64,000 bases of DNA from a virus (IMGVR_UViG_3300048996_000137:627-64626), one strand, 5' to 3'. Positions 1 through 10,067 are shown, counted from the first letter of the stretch. Numbers and translations: made by a program. Notes: a model not told the origin generated them from the sequence alone.

Positions 1-27
1 GCGCTACTTCCGGATGATGGCGGCGTC

Positions 28-426
28 GTGAGGACGCGCGACGACGTGCTCAAGCGGATCGGCGAGCTGCTCGCGAGCCCCGAGCTCGAGCAAGTGCTGC
101 GCGAGCACGACGAGCCGAAACCGAAGCCGAAGCCGCCGCCCGATCGTCGGCGCCGTCGCGGCTCACCGCCGGAACGGGACCGACGTTCCCTCGAGGAAAA
201 ACTTTTGCTGCAGTTCACACCCGCGAGCGCGTTCGAGTTCATCGTGGAGCGCACGGTCGCGCCAGCGACCGAAGACGGCCTGGTGCTGCTCGCCAGCTAT
301 CCCGAGCTGAGCGCGGCCGCGCCCGAGCTCGTCGCGGACATGGCCGTCGCGTTCCGCGTCAAGGAGCGCCACGAGTACCCGAAGTACTTCGCGCTCGTCG
401 CGGCTCACCACGGGCTCGTGCCGTGA
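28..426 (+). CDS. Hypothetical protein
   Basis: ORF coupled to the next gene by GTGA overlap. Confidence 0.55.
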   Translation: MRTRDDVLKRIGELLASPELEQVLREHDEPKPKPKPPPDRRRRRGSPPERDRRSLEEKLLLQFTPASAFEFIVERTVAPATEDGLVLLASYPELSAAAPELVADMAVAFRVKERHEYPKYFALVAAHHGLVP

Positions 427-617
427 GGCTGCCGTGGCAGCTCAACATGCGCTGCAAGGAGTGCGGCGCCGGCGGCGACATCGACGAAACGTCCTTTACC
501 AAGTCGGTGGACGTCATCAGCCCGCAGAACACGATCGGGTTGCTGCTGTTCGTGCCGGACCGCTGTGCTCGCTGCAACAACATCCGAGCTGTGCCGCCGA
601 GCAAGGAGCCCGGCTGA
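423..617 (+). CDS. Small Cys-rich (CxxC..CxxC) protein
   Basis: CKEC and CARC pairs; coupled on both sides. Confidence 0.55.
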   Translation: MRLPWQLNMRCKECGAGGDIDETSFTKSVDVISPQNTIGLLLFVPDRCARCNNIRAVPPSKEPG

Positions 618-880
618 TGGCATGCATCACGCTGCGCGACGCGAACGGCAACGTGATCGGGCACGCCTGCGGCGTGCGTGTGCCGCGCTGCAAGGAGTGC
701 CGCGCACCGCGCGAGTTTTTGTGTGACTGGAAGCTTGCGGGCGAGAAGGCCGGCAAGACGTGCGACCGCAATCTGTGCGGCCGCTGCGCGCAGTCGCCCG
801 CGCCGGAGAAGCACTTGTGCCCGGAGCATTGGCGAATGTGGCAGTCGCACCCGGCGCGAAAGCGGTCTGACGCGCGATAG
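617..880 (+). CDS. Cys-rich zinc-finger-like phage protein
   Basis: MACITLRD start; CKEC, LCDW, TCDRNLCGRC, LCPEH. Confidence 0.65.
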   Translation: MACITLRDANGNVIGHACGVRVPRCKECRAPREFLCDWKLAGEKAGKTCDRNLCGRCAQSPAPEKHLCPEHWRMWQSHPARKRSDAR

Positions 881-899
881 CCAAAGGAGGCGACTTGCC

Positions 900-1337
900 G
901 TGTGCATTGCCTATTTGGTAGAGGACCCCGAAGTGAAGGATCTGTCGCCCGAGGCGGTCGTGGACATTGTGATCGCGCTCGGACGCCTCGACGTCCGCAG
1001 CCGCCGCGCAGCGCTGATGCGGCTGCGTGGAGCGTTGCTTGCAGATATCGCCCCCGAGCTCGGCGTCAGTCGCGCACGCGCGGGTCAGGTGATCGAGAGC
1101 GCGTTTACCAACATGGCACGGTATCTCACACGCAAGCCGCACGCGGGACTGGTGGCCGCGATCCTCGCTCATGCGCCCGCGAACGTGAACGCTCCAGCGC
1201 GCTTCGAAGCTCGAGCTCCGGTTCCGCGCGCGCCGACGTTCTGCGACTACGCATTTTGCCCGCGGCCGCGGCAGCCGATCCGCGAGGGACGAAAGCACCA
1301 CCAGTGCCGCCTCGAGAGCGCACGACGGAGCCGATGA
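900..1337 (+). CDS. Sigma70 region-4-like HTH regulator
   Basis: AAGGAGG RBS before GTG900; LADIAPELGVSRARAGQVI resembles the region 4.2 HTH. Confidence 0.55.
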   Translation: MCIAYLVEDPEVKDLSPEAVVDIVIALGRLDVRSRRAALMRLRGALLADIAPELGVSRARAGQVIESAFTNMARYLTRKPHAGLVAAILAHAPANVNAPARFEARAPVPRAPTFCDYAFCPRPRQPIREGRKHHQCRLESARRSR

Positions 1338-1690
1338 TGGCATTCAAATGGGAACCGGAACTCAACAGGTGGGTCGACGCGAACACCGGCGCGACGGTGA
1401 TCTGGTTCGAGCTGATTGGCACTGTGGAGCCCAACCAGAAGTACAAAGCGAGCTTCGATATCCGCGAAGACTCGAGTCGGTTCATGATCGTGCTCGACGA
1501 GCGCCGCGGCGAGCTCTCCGAACGCACGCAGGTGGGGCAGGGACTGATCTCGGTCGAGTTCGGAGTCCAGTTCGAAGGCGAGCCTGCGTCGGAGTTCATG
1601 CGGTCCGACAGGTGGTTCCTCGCCGGCCAGATGTACTACCAGTGGAGGCGCATGCGCGAACAGCTGCGGCTGCAAAGGCCGTCGGTATGA
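1334..1690 (+). CDS. Hypothetical protein
   Basis: GGAG RBS; ATGA coupling. Confidence 0.6.
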   Translation: MMAFKWEPELNRWVDANTGATVIWFELIGTVEPNQKYKASFDIREDSSRFMIVLDERRGELSERTQVGQGLISVEFGVQFEGEPASEFMRSDRWFLAGQMYYQWRRMREQLRLQRPSV

Positions 1691-1995
1691 ACAAGCTGCT
1701 CGACAAGTTCGCGATCGCGCAGGTGCTCTTGCAGCGCTGCCAGCGCGAGCTGATGAAGCGCGGCCCTGGCGCGGCCGAGCTCGGCGTGACGATCGTCGTG
1801 CACGCGGCCGTGCCCGATCCCGACAACATGCACATGGCGGTCGCCTCGATGCTGAGCGAGCGCAGTCAGATGCGCGCCGTCTTCGGCACCTGCATCGTGT
1901 CGTCGCTCGCAGCCGAAGGGGTGCCGGAGGACCAGCTCGCCGCGCTTGCGGCGGATGACTACACGCAGCTGTTTCGGCCGAAAGAGGACACATGA
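1687..1995 (+). CDS. Hypothetical protein
   Basis: ATGA coupling at both ends. Confidence 0.6.
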   Translation: MNKLLDKFAIAQVLLQRCQRELMKRGPGAAELGVTIVVHAAVPDPDNMHMAVASMLSERSQMRAVFGTCIVSSLAAEGVPEDQLAALAADDYTQLFRPKEDT

Positions 1996-2279
1996 GCGAA
2001 CCCGCCGACCGCGAACACCACTCGCTCTACTGGAAGCCGCTGCCCAACGGCTTCGAAGTCATCGTGTACGCGATCTTCGGCGGCGCGCGTGTGTGTTTTG
2101 GCCGGATGGACTCCTCCGCCATCGACGACGCGTACTACTACTCGGATCCTATGCTCGCGATCGTTGCCGCCGCGCTCTGGGAGGGCGACGGCGATCCGGT
2201 CGACGGGTGGTTTCGTCACCTCCGGAGCGGTCGCCGACGGCCCGACGGTGATGCAACCAAGGAATACGTGAGGCTGTGA
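1992..2279 (+). CDS. Hypothetical phage protein
   Basis: GAGGA RBS; protein-like composition (W..DGDP.DGW.RH). Confidence 0.65.
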   Translation: MSEPADREHHSLYWKPLPNGFEVIVYAIFGGARVCFGRMDSSAIDDAYYYSDPMLAIVAAALWEGDGDPVDGWFRHLRSGRRRPDGDATKEYVRL

Positions 2280-2842
2280 TGCACACCCCGCCGCGACGAG
2301 AGATCAAGATTCAAGAGCTGGATTTGCTACTCGACGAGATCCGCGATCACGAACGGGTGTTGAAGTTCATCCTCGCGCTCGCCGCCGAACAGTTTCGGTC
2401 GCAGCGCTCTCTCAACTGGCACGCGTACATCGTGCCGGGTGACGCTCAGCAAGGGATCACTTTGGCGTGGGTGGAACTCGAGGGCGAGCCGGCGGGCAAC
2501 GCGGGCTATATCGATTTCCAGCACTGGCTCGTCAACAGCGTGCGTAATGTGTGCGACGGGCTGCGTGCGCAAGCGATCTACGCCGTCTCGGAATGCTGGA
2601 TCGGCGCCGATCCCTACCGGGTCTCGGCTGGGGCGCTCCCCGAGCAAGACCCCGAGCGCAAAGAGGCCGTCCTTGTGGCGCGCGAGCTCGCCGGCGCCGT
2701 CCCGCCTGTCGAAACGTGGGTCGGGCTGATCGAGCGAGACAAGGGCCGACCGCACCTGAAGCCCTGGATCAAAGCGAACAAGCAGGGAGGTCCGCTTTCA
2801 CATTTTTTGCCGGCGCACGTGCACCGAGGAGTCCGCGCGTGA
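2276..2842 (+). CDS. Hypothetical phage protein
   Basis: Coupled 188 aa ORF. Confidence 0.6.
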   Translation: MMHTPPRREIKIQELDLLLDEIRDHERVLKFILALAAEQFRSQRSLNWHAYIVPGDAQQGITLAWVELEGEPAGNAGYIDFQHWLVNSVRNVCDGLRAQAIYAVSECWIGADPYRVSAGALPEQDPERKEAVLVARELAGAVPPVETWVGLIERDKGRPHLKPWIKANKQGGPLSHFLPAHVHRGVRA

Positions 2843-2863
2843 GCGGCACTGGAGATCTACAAA

Positions 2864-3382
2864 ATGCGTCCTGCTGACTTTGAGTTCACGCGCGAACCCA
2901 ACGAACAGATCACGAGAATGGTTCTTGCCAGTGGGCTCGCGATCGATCCCCGCTCGCACCGCCGGCAGAGCTGGAAGCTCGAGCCCGTCGAAAACGGGAT
3001 GGGAACGAGCCTCGGACGCTACCTCGTGTGCTGCCCAGGGCTGCACGCGGCGTGGGAATACTGGCTCATCGGTGTGGTCCACTTGCGGGACGAACCCGGT
3101 TTGCCGCCGGCCGACAACCACCACAGCCATGAGTTGATGGTCGCAGCAATCGAACCTCGCGACGGCATTGATCCGGACGTGCGCGAGACGCTGAAGATCA
3201 TGCAGCCGCTCGACGTCGTGCACCAGTTCACGGTCGGCTCAGATGCGATCGCCGTCGGCCTGCTCGACGAGCTCGTGCGCATGGTGTGCCGCTTCGAGCT
3301 GCACCCCGACAGCGACTTTCGATCCACCTGGCCCGGCGCGGTGGACTACGCGTGCACGCTGTTGGGAAAGCTGGCGACATGA
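2864..3382 (+). CDS. Hypothetical phage protein
   Basis: GGAG RBS; HLRD..G.PP and PDSDFR motifs typical of conserved phage hypotheticals. Confidence 0.65.
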   Translation: MRPADFEFTREPNEQITRMVLASGLAIDPRSHRRQSWKLEPVENGMGTSLGRYLVCCPGLHAAWEYWLIGVVHLRDEPGLPPADNHHSHELMVAAIEPRDGIDPDVRETLKIMQPLDVVHQFTVGSDAIAVGLLDELVRMVCRFELHPDSDFRSTWPGAVDYACTLLGKLAT

Positions 3383-3594
3383 TGGACCGGCGTTGCACCG
3401 GACCACTCAGTGAGGAGACTCGGTGCGGTAAGCCCGCAACGCTCATTTGCACCGACGCCAGCCGGTTGCAGTGGTTTGCGTGTGAAGCGCACAGAGACGA
3501 CGACCACGGCGCAACGGACTGCCGCGGTGTGGTCGTGCACAGCGAGCCGATCTGCGACTGGCTCAAGCGCAACGGCTTGCTGCCCGACGAGTGA
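3379..3594 (+). CDS. Small Cys-rich protein
   Basis: ATGA coupling; CGKPAT, QWFAC..H. Confidence 0.55.
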   Translation: MMDRRCTGPLSEETRCGKPATLICTDASRLQWFACEAHRDDDHGATDCRGVVVHSEPICDWLKRNGLLPDE

Positions 3595-3656
3595 AGCGCC
3601 GCCGTTAGCGGCACGACACAACCGTGCTAATGTTCGGGCATGAGTGGAGGTGTAAG

Positions 3657-3854
3657 ATGGTCACCATCACGGTCGTGCTCGAGCACCAGCCGCACAACGC
3701 CTGCGAGCTACGTTCGATCATGGAAGCGATCCGGCAGCTGCGCGGGGTGAGCGAGGTGCACGCCCAGATCGTGCGGCCTTCGAACAGCAACGACCCGGCG
3801 TTTACCGCGCGCGAGCGCCTGGCCCGCACGCGCGAGCTCGAGCTGACGGAATAG
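3657..3854 (+). CDS. Hypothetical protein
   Basis: GGAGG RBS before ATG3657. Confidence 0.5.
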   Translation: MVTITVVLEHQPHNACELRSIMEAIRQLRGVSEVHAQIVRPSNSNDPAFTARERLARTRELELTE

Positions 3855-3855
3855 C

Positions 3856-3895
3856 AAAAAGCCCGACCCCGCCGGTGAAGGCGAAGTCGGGCTTT
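3856..3895 (-). terminator. Intrinsic terminator between convergent operons (probably bidirectional)
   Basis: AAAGCCCGAC...GTCGGGCTTT stem with A5 on the left and T3 on the right. Confidence 0.75.
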
Positions 3896-3946
3896 CGGGG
3901 GTCGTAAGAGCGAGAGGGTGTCAGTCTCTCTCAGAGGGAACCACGC

Positions 3947-4180
3947 TCATGGTACGCGCGGCCGCCGCGTCGGGCGAGTGCTTGGCCGCTGCCGCTCGCT
4001 CGAGCGCTCCGGTTCGGGCTCGAGCCGGCTCGAAACCCGGTCGTCACCGCCACGGCGGTAGACCTCGAGTAGGGCAAGCTGCAGCGCGAACTGCCGCTTT
4101 GGCGACATGTCCGCACCTGCGTCCCGGACGTTTTTGAGGATCAGCTCGAGCTGATCTTGGACGCGCGCACGGGGGTTCAT
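3947..4180 (-). CDS. Hypothetical protein (end of late operon)
   Basis: Coupled to upstream ORF. Confidence 0.5.
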   Translation of the reverse strand: MNPRARVQDQLELILKNVRDAGADMSPKRQFALQLALLEVYRRGGDDRVSSRLEPEPERSSERQRPSTRPTRRPRVP

Positions 4181-4632
4181 TGGTCGGGCCGCCAGGTGAG
4201 CCGCATCACGCGGCGCGCAGAAAAACTCGGGGGCTCGTTCTTGTTCTCTTCGCGATCGGTCTCGTACGCGTCACCGTAGAACTTGCGCGCGCGCTCGAGC
4301 AGCGCTCCCTTGTCGGGCGCTTTCGAGTACCGCCGGTGCACCTCGAGCTCGGCATGCATGTACACGAGCTCGCGCCACACCAGGGCGAGCTCGGCCTGGT
4401 GGACGTTCGAAAGGCTCGATGCGTGATGGGCGTCCGCGGCCGCGCCCTGCGCCGCGAGCGACGTAGGCGCGATCATCGTCGCGACCGCGGGCCCGTCGAT
4501 GCGCGCAACGATCCACTGCCACGCGAGCGTGATGCCCGTCGCGCTCGCAGTGCCGAGCAACGCCAGCAGGCCAAGCACGACCCGTCCGATCGTCTTTTTG
4601 ACGACTGAGGACGGAACGTGGATGGACTGCAT
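4177..4632 (-). CDS. Membrane protein in lysis module (holin/spanin candidate)
   Basis: N-terminal hydrophobic helix; directly downstream of lysin. Confidence 0.5.
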   Translation of the reverse strand: MQSIHVPSSVVKKTIGRVVLGLLALLGTASATGITLAWQWIVARIDGPAVATMIAPTSLAAQGAAADAHHASSLSNVHQAELALVWRELVYMHAELEVHRRYSKAPDKGALLERARKFYGDAYETDREENKNEPPSFSARRVMRLTWRPDQ

Positions 4633-4641
4633 GTCGCACGA

Positions 4642-5121
4642 TCACAACAGCGGCACGCCCGGCGGCCAGCGGTACTCGAGCAAGCGGATCGCCGGGTAGT
4701 ACTGCTCGCAGACCTCGTTGTGTTGGTTCGCGCCGAGTAGCAGCAGTCGCTCGGCCGAGCTCTTCACGTAGAAGCCGATGTGGCCGTCGCCGACCTGACC
4801 CCTCGGAGCGTCCTTGGTCGTGCGCCAGAGGATCACCAAGCAGCCGAGACGCGGCTCGGTGAGCGCCGAGCCGTAGTGGAGGAAGTTGCGCGCTTTCGCA
4901 TAGCGCGGGTTCGGGAGCTTCTCTTGCTCGAGCACCCAGCACACGAACGCGGCGCAGTGCGCGGTCGCGTCGTGCCAGTACTTCTTGTCGAGGTTCGTCG
5001 TTCTCAGGTACTCGACGATCCGCGGATTGTCGGCGGTGCCGGGCGCTTCTTTCTGCCCGATCTCACCACGCGCGCGGACGTAGTGCGCTGGCTGCCGCGG
5101 TGGGGGTGTTTGCAGCGTCAT
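4642..5121 (-). CDS. Endolysin, TIGR02594-like (CHAP/NlpC-P60 Cys-His peptidase)
   Basis: ARGEIGQKE..G..DNPRIVEY, HCAAFVCWVL, GHIGFY, LLGANQ. Confidence 0.85.
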   Translation of the reverse strand: MTLQTPPPRQPAHYVRARGEIGQKEAPGTADNPRIVEYLRTTNLDKKYWHDATAHCAAFVCWVLEQEKLPNPRYAKARNFLHYGSALTEPRLGCLVILWRTTKDAPRGQVGDGHIGFYVKSSAERLLLLGANQHNEVCEQYYPAIRLLEYRWPPGVPLL

Positions 5122-5690
5122 GCAATCTTGGTGACCTTCGCCACTGCGTCCTCGAGCTGGATCTGATCGCCGTCGGTGGACCCGGTCGCACCGTGCAGCT
5201 GCATTTTGAAGTGACACGCGCCCGCAGACAGCGCGGAGACCGCGATCCGCACCCACAAGTGCAGGATCACCGGCACGACTGCTGCCGGAAGCGTGATGCC
5301 GGTCGAGCTGCCCGTCGAAGCCGTGGAACCGACGCGCGGCGTGCTCGCGCCGAAGTCGTAACCCCAGAAGTCGCCGAGCCATGTCATCGCGCCAGAAAGC
5401 ACGGCCGGTGCGACCACGCAGCGCGCGGTCGTGTGCGACGGGTTGCGAATCGCGCGTCCCGTCAGCTCCAGCAAGTAGATGCCCGTCGATGAGACGGAGA
5501 GATCCGTCAAGCCGGGTATGTCCGCCGGCGTGGGGTACGTTGCGATCGCGGACCCGGACTGCGCTGCCGTGAGTGGTGCCGCGGCCGCCGCCGCCAAAAT
5601 GCTGGCGAGCACACTCTCAGAAACGCCGTACAAGCCGTCGTCATCTTTCTCGAGCGTGTCGTTGAGTCTCGTGCTCAGTGGAATGCCCAT
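5118..5690 (-). CDS. Putative tail-associated structural protein
   Basis: Beta-rich ORF in tail fibre region. Confidence 0.5.
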   Translation of the reverse strand: MGIPLSTRLNDTLEKDDDGLYGVSESVLASILAAAAAAPLTAAQSGSAIATYPTPADIPGLTDLSVSSTGIYLLELTGRAIRNPSHTTARCVVAPAVLSGAMTWLGDFWGYDFGASTPRVGSTASTGSSTGITLPAAVVPVILHLWVRIAVSALSAGACHFKMQLHGATGSTDGDQIQLEDAVAKVTKIA

Positions 5691-5696
5691 GTTTTT

Positions 5697-6332
5697 TTAC
5701 CCATCGACGAGAAAGTCATCGTCGTGCGTGAGCGGCTCCTCGCTGTCGTCGTCCACGAGCGCTTCGGCAGGCACCGCCTCGAAGCGCGTGCGCGCGATCC
5801 AGCGCTGATCGGTCGGGTCCAAGAGCAGAGCCGCGGCCGACTGCGGCGCAACGGCACTCATGACCGAGCGCACCGAGCCCGCGACGACAGCGCCCTGGGG
5901 CGAGCTCAGCGAGACGTTGCTCGGGCCGTGGTTGATGATCGCCTTGCGCACGGCTGCCGCCGTCGGCGGCAGCCCGGTAATCACGATGATGTCGTCGGGG
6001 TTCGCGAGCGCAGTCTTGAGCTCAATGACTGACGCACTAGAAAAGTCGGCTCCGCGCCCGAACCAGTCGCCGGCGGTCATATCGTAGACGCGGTAGGCGA
6101 AGTCTCCACCGTCGCCACTGATCAGGATCGAACTCGACCAATCGCCGTCGCCGATCGTGGCGCTGAGCCGCGTGACGACGCCGGGCACGCCGCCGGGCAC
6201 GACGCGGGTGCGCTTACCGTCGTCGACAACGTCGGCATTCGCAAACGCCAGGCCGTGCCTGCGCGGCAGTGGAGCGCCGTGGTCGCGCAGCTCACACAGG
6301 CCGAGCATGTCGAACACGCTTTGCGTACTCAC
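5697..6332 (-). CDS. Putative tail fibre adaptor protein
   Basis: GTG start coupled to upstream stop; acidic C-terminal L-x-x-D-D repeats. Confidence 0.5.
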   Translation of the reverse strand: MSTQSVFDMLGLCELRDHGAPLPRRHGLAFANADVVDDGKRTRVVPGGVPGVVTRLSATIGDGDWSSSILISGDGGDFAYRVYDMTAGDWFGRGADFSSASVIELKTALANPDDIIVITGLPPTAAAVRKAIINHGPSNVSLSSPQGAVVAGSVRSVMSAVAPQSAAALLLDPTDQRWIARTRFEAVPAEALVDDDSEEPLTHDDDFLVDG

Positions 6333-6835
6333 GCAACCGCTCGCCAGCCCGCGCTGATGCCCGTGCCCGCCGGCACGTACACGAGCTCGACGCATTGATC
6401 GACCTGCAGCCACAGATCTTCTGAGCCCGGCAGCAGCAAGCGGTGCGCCGCGTCGGTTTCGCTCGCGTCGTGCACCAAGAGCAGCGCGGACGGGCCGAGG
6501 TTCACGAGCGTTTTGCGCACCGTGAGTAACCCCGTCGTATCGAGCCCGCGGACCGCAGCCGGCCCGCCCTCGTCGTCCTGCGCGGCGATGCGCACGAGGT
6601 CTGCCGCCGCCAGCTCTGCGTGCGCGAGCAGGGACTCGTCGGTGCCGACCTCGACGTCGATCGCCTGCACCACCGCCCCGCCGCCTTCGAACGTCACCAC
6701 GGTCTGCTCGTTCACCGGGTCGTCTGCAGCCGACACCGCGCCCTCGAAGCTGAGGGCTGCACGCTGCGGTACCGGCGCGCTACCGAGCGCGCGCACGGTT
6801 TTGATCCCGGGAAGGTCGTCGAGGTAGGGAGGCAT
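6329..6835 (-). CDS. Putative tail-associated protein
   Basis: Position after tail fibre; LSFEGAVSAADDP motif related to neighbour. Confidence 0.5.
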   Translation of the reverse strand: MPPYLDDLPGIKTVRALGSAPVPQRAALSFEGAVSAADDPVNEQTVVTFEGGGAVVQAIDVEVGTDESLLAHAELAAADLVRIAAQDDEGGPAAVRGLDTTGLLTVRKTLVNLGPSALLLVHDASETDAAHRLLLPGSEDLWLQVDQCVELVYVPAGTGISAGWRAVA

Positions 6836-8097
6836 CAGGTGTTACGTGGGCCGGGATTGATGATGCGCGCCTGAACGGCTTCGATGAGGTTGCCCGCCGT
6901 GTTCATGGCGATGTCGAGCGTGATCACTTCGTTGTCAGCGACGACGCGGTTGTGGCCGTCGATCGACGTCACAAACGACCCCGACTGCAGGTCCTTGAGC
7001 GCCGGCGCCGGGAGCAAGGGTTCGATGACCCAGAGTGTGGTCCCGACCGACCCGCCGCCCGTCCACGAGACGGTCTTACTGCGCAGCCGGAAGCTGTTCG
7101 CATCGCCGGCGTCGTCGGTGTCCTGCCGGTGCAGCACATCCACCGCGACGAGCGTCGCGCCTGCCGGCAGCCGCAAGCGCACCGTGGCGTGGCCAGGGCC
7201 ACTGCAGTGCAAGGCGTCTTCGCTGGCTTCGTAGGTGACCTCGTGGGTGCCGGGGCTCAAGTGGTAGAGCTGCGCTTCGGACAGCGCCACTTGCAGCGTC
7301 GATGCGGTCGCGGCCGGGTACCGGAAATCGTCTGCTAGGACGTAGTCGTGCGACTTGATCGCGCCGACCGCTTCGATCACACCGTCGGCTTCGATGCGTC
7401 CGAACGACTTGACCTTGCAGTCGACAGTATTGCCCGTGTAGATGCTGTCGGTCGCGATCAGGTGGTGACCGCTCGTGATGTTGCCGCCGCTCGTGATCTC
7501 TGCGCCACTCGTGATGTTGCCGTCGGCATGGACGGTGCCGTCCGCGTCGATGTTGCCGTCCGCGTCGATGTTGCCGTCGGCATGGATGTCCGTGTCGGTA
7601 TCGATGGCCTGGCCCGCGTGAATCCAGGCATCGACGGAGAGATGACCGCCCGCGGAGATGTGCGCGCCCGCTTCGAGGTGCGTGTCCGAGGACACCTTGC
7701 CGCCGGGGCCGGTGTAGATGCTGTCGCCCGCGATCAAGTGGTGACCGCTCGTGATGTCGCCGGTCGTAACGAGCGCGCCGTCGATGTGCTGGTTCTCGGT
7801 GAACTCGTTTTCTTGGTCTTTGAACGCCACGCGCGCATGCACGGCGGCGTTGACGACGCGCTCGTGCTCGATGTTGTCGGCCAGCTGCTGGAGCCCGACG
7901 AGGCTCGCGGCGTCTACAAGCTCGCCGTCTTCGGGCGTCGCGATCGTGGCGTGGTGCTCGTCGTTCGGGGTGTATTCCATGGTTCTAACCGGAGATGTCG
8001 AACGCGCACCGGAGCCGGACCGCGGCGAACACGATGCATTGGCGGCGGCCGCGAGAGCGCCCCAGAGCAAAAAACGACGACTGACGCGCGCGGCCAT
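6835..8097 (-). CDS. Tail fibre/spike with 6-residue beta repeats (start 8097 or 7980)
   Basis: Follows baseplate wall gene; (DGNIDA)n, GNITSG and duplicated ITSGHHLIA.DSIYTG. Confidence 0.7.
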   Translation of the reverse strand: MAARVSRRFLLWGALAAAANASCSPRSGSGARSTSPVRTMEYTPNDEHHATIATPEDGELVDAASLVGLQQLADNIEHERVVNAAVHARVAFKDQENEFTENQHIDGALVTTGDITSGHHLIAGDSIYTGPGGKVSSDTHLEAGAHISAGGHLSVDAWIHAGQAIDTDTDIHADGNIDADGNIDADGTVHADGNITSGAEITSGGNITSGHHLIATDSIYTGNTVDCKVKSFGRIEADGVIEAVGAIKSHDYVLADDFRYPAATASTLQVALSEAQLYHLSPGTHEVTYEASEDALHCSGPGHATVRLRLPAGATLVAVDVLHRQDTDDAGDANSFRLRSKTVSWTGGGSVGTTLWVIEPLLPAPALKDLQSGSFVTSIDGHNRVVADNEVITLDIAMNTAGNLIEAVQARIINPGPRNT

Positions 8098-8189
8098 CCC
8101 CGCCCATCAGTGTTCCAGTCTGGGGGCGCTCGGCAAATGGTCCCAATCGACTAGCCCCCGCACATGGCCAGATTGGTAGAGGTCCAGTT

Positions 8190-8873
8190 TCAGCCCGGAA
8201 TGTACATCGCGGCTGGGTTGCGGTGACTGTGGACGTTCCAAGTGCCGTCGGGTTGCTGCAGGTCCCAGGCGGCCTGATCGAACACCACGATGATGTACTG
8301 ACAGCGCACGTGACCCGGCTTCCACTGCCGCACCAAGCCGCGTAGCGCCAGGACTTCGTAGATCGTCATGTTGGAGCCGTACGTGACGAGCGGATCATGA
8401 AAGTGCTTGCCGTCGCCGGTGGGCGGCGCCCCGTAGCGATACGCGCGCACCCAGGGATGCGGCGGCTTGATCACCACCCAAAACCGCGACCAGTCCGCGG
8501 CGTTGCCGTCCCAGTCCCAGTCGACCGGCTCGCGGATCTCCGCAGACAGCCCCATCGCGTCGAGCTGCTGCAAAACGACGGTGCTCGTGCCGGCGTAGCG
8601 CCACGCCTCCCACGCGTTCATGAGCCGCAGCCGATAGCTGCTGGCAGACTCGTGCGGAAACCGCGGCATGCGCCGCTCGGTGCCGAGCAGCGCGAGCACG
8701 TCCTCGGCTTTGCCGTCGCCCATCGCGAGCGACGGCAGATACAGCGCTTGCTCCATCGCTTCGGAGCTCGAGTCGAGTAGCGATCCCCAGATGCCGACCG
8801 CGAAGCGCTGCGCGGCCTCGCCGGAGAGCGCCTTGTTCGAAAACTCCGCGATCCAATCGCGAAACCTGGTCAT
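8190..8873 (-). CDS. Baseplate wall protein (Mu gp48/P2 gpI position)
   Basis: SYRLRL and RQWKPGHV motifs; downstream of baseplate J. Confidence 0.7.
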   Translation of the reverse strand: MTRFRDWIAEFSNKALSGEAAQRFAVGIWGSLLDSSSEAMEQALYLPSLAMGDGKAEDVLALLGTERRMPRFPHESASSYRLRLMNAWEAWRYAGTSTVVLQQLDAMGLSAEIREPVDWDWDGNAADWSRFWVVIKPPHPWVRAYRYGAPPTGDGKHFHDPLVTYGSNMTIYEVLALRGLVRQWKPGHVRCQYIIVVFDQAAWDLQQPDGTWNVHSHRNPAAMYIPG

Positions 8874-10067
8874 TCAGACGCTCATCACGATCCGCGGCTC
8901 GATCGACAGGCTCGAGAGCACCGCGTACTCGTTTTGCTCGAGCAACTGATCGCCCTCGCCGGGGTCGTCCGGGCTCGGCGTCGTCGGCTTGAAGTTCACG
9001 ACGCCCGGGACCTTCATGATCGCGCCGTAGATCGAGGACAGCGGCAGCATGCCCTGCTCCTCCGGACCGCTGCGAATCCCGCCGATCGGCAACGTCCGGT
9101 AGAGCTCCTTGATCGCTTTGTCCATCGCAGCGATCGCGGTGCTCTGGTAGTCCGCTGCGATGTACGCGACCCCTACGACGGGCAGGTTTTTCGCGACCGC
9201 TTGGCCGACGCTCACGAGCGCGCCGATCGGCGGCCGCACGTGGCCATCGGTCGTGCCGTCCAAGAGCTGGACGATCTTGCTGATGCTGCTCGACATGTCG
9301 ACCGGGCCGTCGCTCGCGACCCACACCTTCAGCGTGCCAGGGCCGAGTGGATTATTGTCGTCGACCCAGACGCGTTTGACCGCCGGGTCCGCGCTGCGCG
9401 CCCAGTACTCGTAGGCTGCGCCCGGAGCGCCGACGGCGAGCGAAGCCCACTTCGTGCTGTTGCGCAGCCGCAGCTGCGGAGTCTCTTCGGCTTCGGCGCC
9501 GACCTGCGTGATCCACGAACCGGGGTTATTGACCGTGACGCCGGCGAGCGTCGTGTTCAGGACGCGGATCGTGTCAGTCGGCTGGTTGCCCTCGAAGCCC
9601 GCGAGCTCCGCTTCGAACAGCGCCGAGCGCGTCGCGTTCGGATTGCCCGCAGCCTCAAGCGCGATCGGAGCGACGTTGCGGTAGGTGTACTTTCCGTCGA
9701 GCGTCGCTGCGACCACTTCGCTCGCGTCGAGGTTGTAAGGGATCGCGCCCGTGTTCGTGAGCACGAGCGTGCCGCGCGTACGCACCGCCGGCAGCCGGTC
9801 GTTGTCGTAGTGACTCTTTGAGAAGATCGTCGAGAACTCGGCTTCGGCCGTCTCGTTGAAACCCTGCCGAGACATCGCGGCTGCGAGCCCGCGCATCTGC
9901 ACCAAACATAGCGCCGGCAGCTCGACGCCGAGCGTGAGCGGCCAGCTTCCCGACTGCCAGCTGGCGGCGTTGCGGAACTTCAGCGACACGAGCATCGCGA
10001 CGACCGTTTCGCGCGCCTCCTCGATCGTGAGCCCGTTCGCGAGCTGCGCGTACGTGTAGAAAGTCAT
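8874..10067 (-). CDS. Baseplate J/gp47 family protein
   Basis: AELAGFEGN, GAEAEET.QLRLR, AYEYWARS, GPGTLKVWV, SIYGAIMKVPGV. Confidence 0.9.
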   Translation of the reverse strand: MTFYTYAQLANGLTIEEARETVVAMLVSLKFRNAASWQSGSWPLTLGVELPALCLVQMRGLAAAMSRQGFNETAEAEFSTIFSKSHYDNDRLPAVRTRGTLVLTNTGAIPYNLDASEVVAATLDGKYTYRNVAPIALEAAGNPNATRSALFEAELAGFEGNQPTDTIRVLNTTLAGVTVNNPGSWITQVGAEAEETPQLRLRNSTKWASLAVGAPGAAYEYWARSADPAVKRVWVDDNNPLGPGTLKVWVASDGPVDMSSSISKIVQLLDGTTDGHVRPPIGALVSVGQAVAKNLPVVGVAYIAADYQSTAIAAMDKAIKELYRTLPIGGIRSGPEEQGMLPLSSIYGAIMKVPGVVNFKPTTPSPDDPGEGDQLLEQNEYAVLSSLSIEPRIVMSV

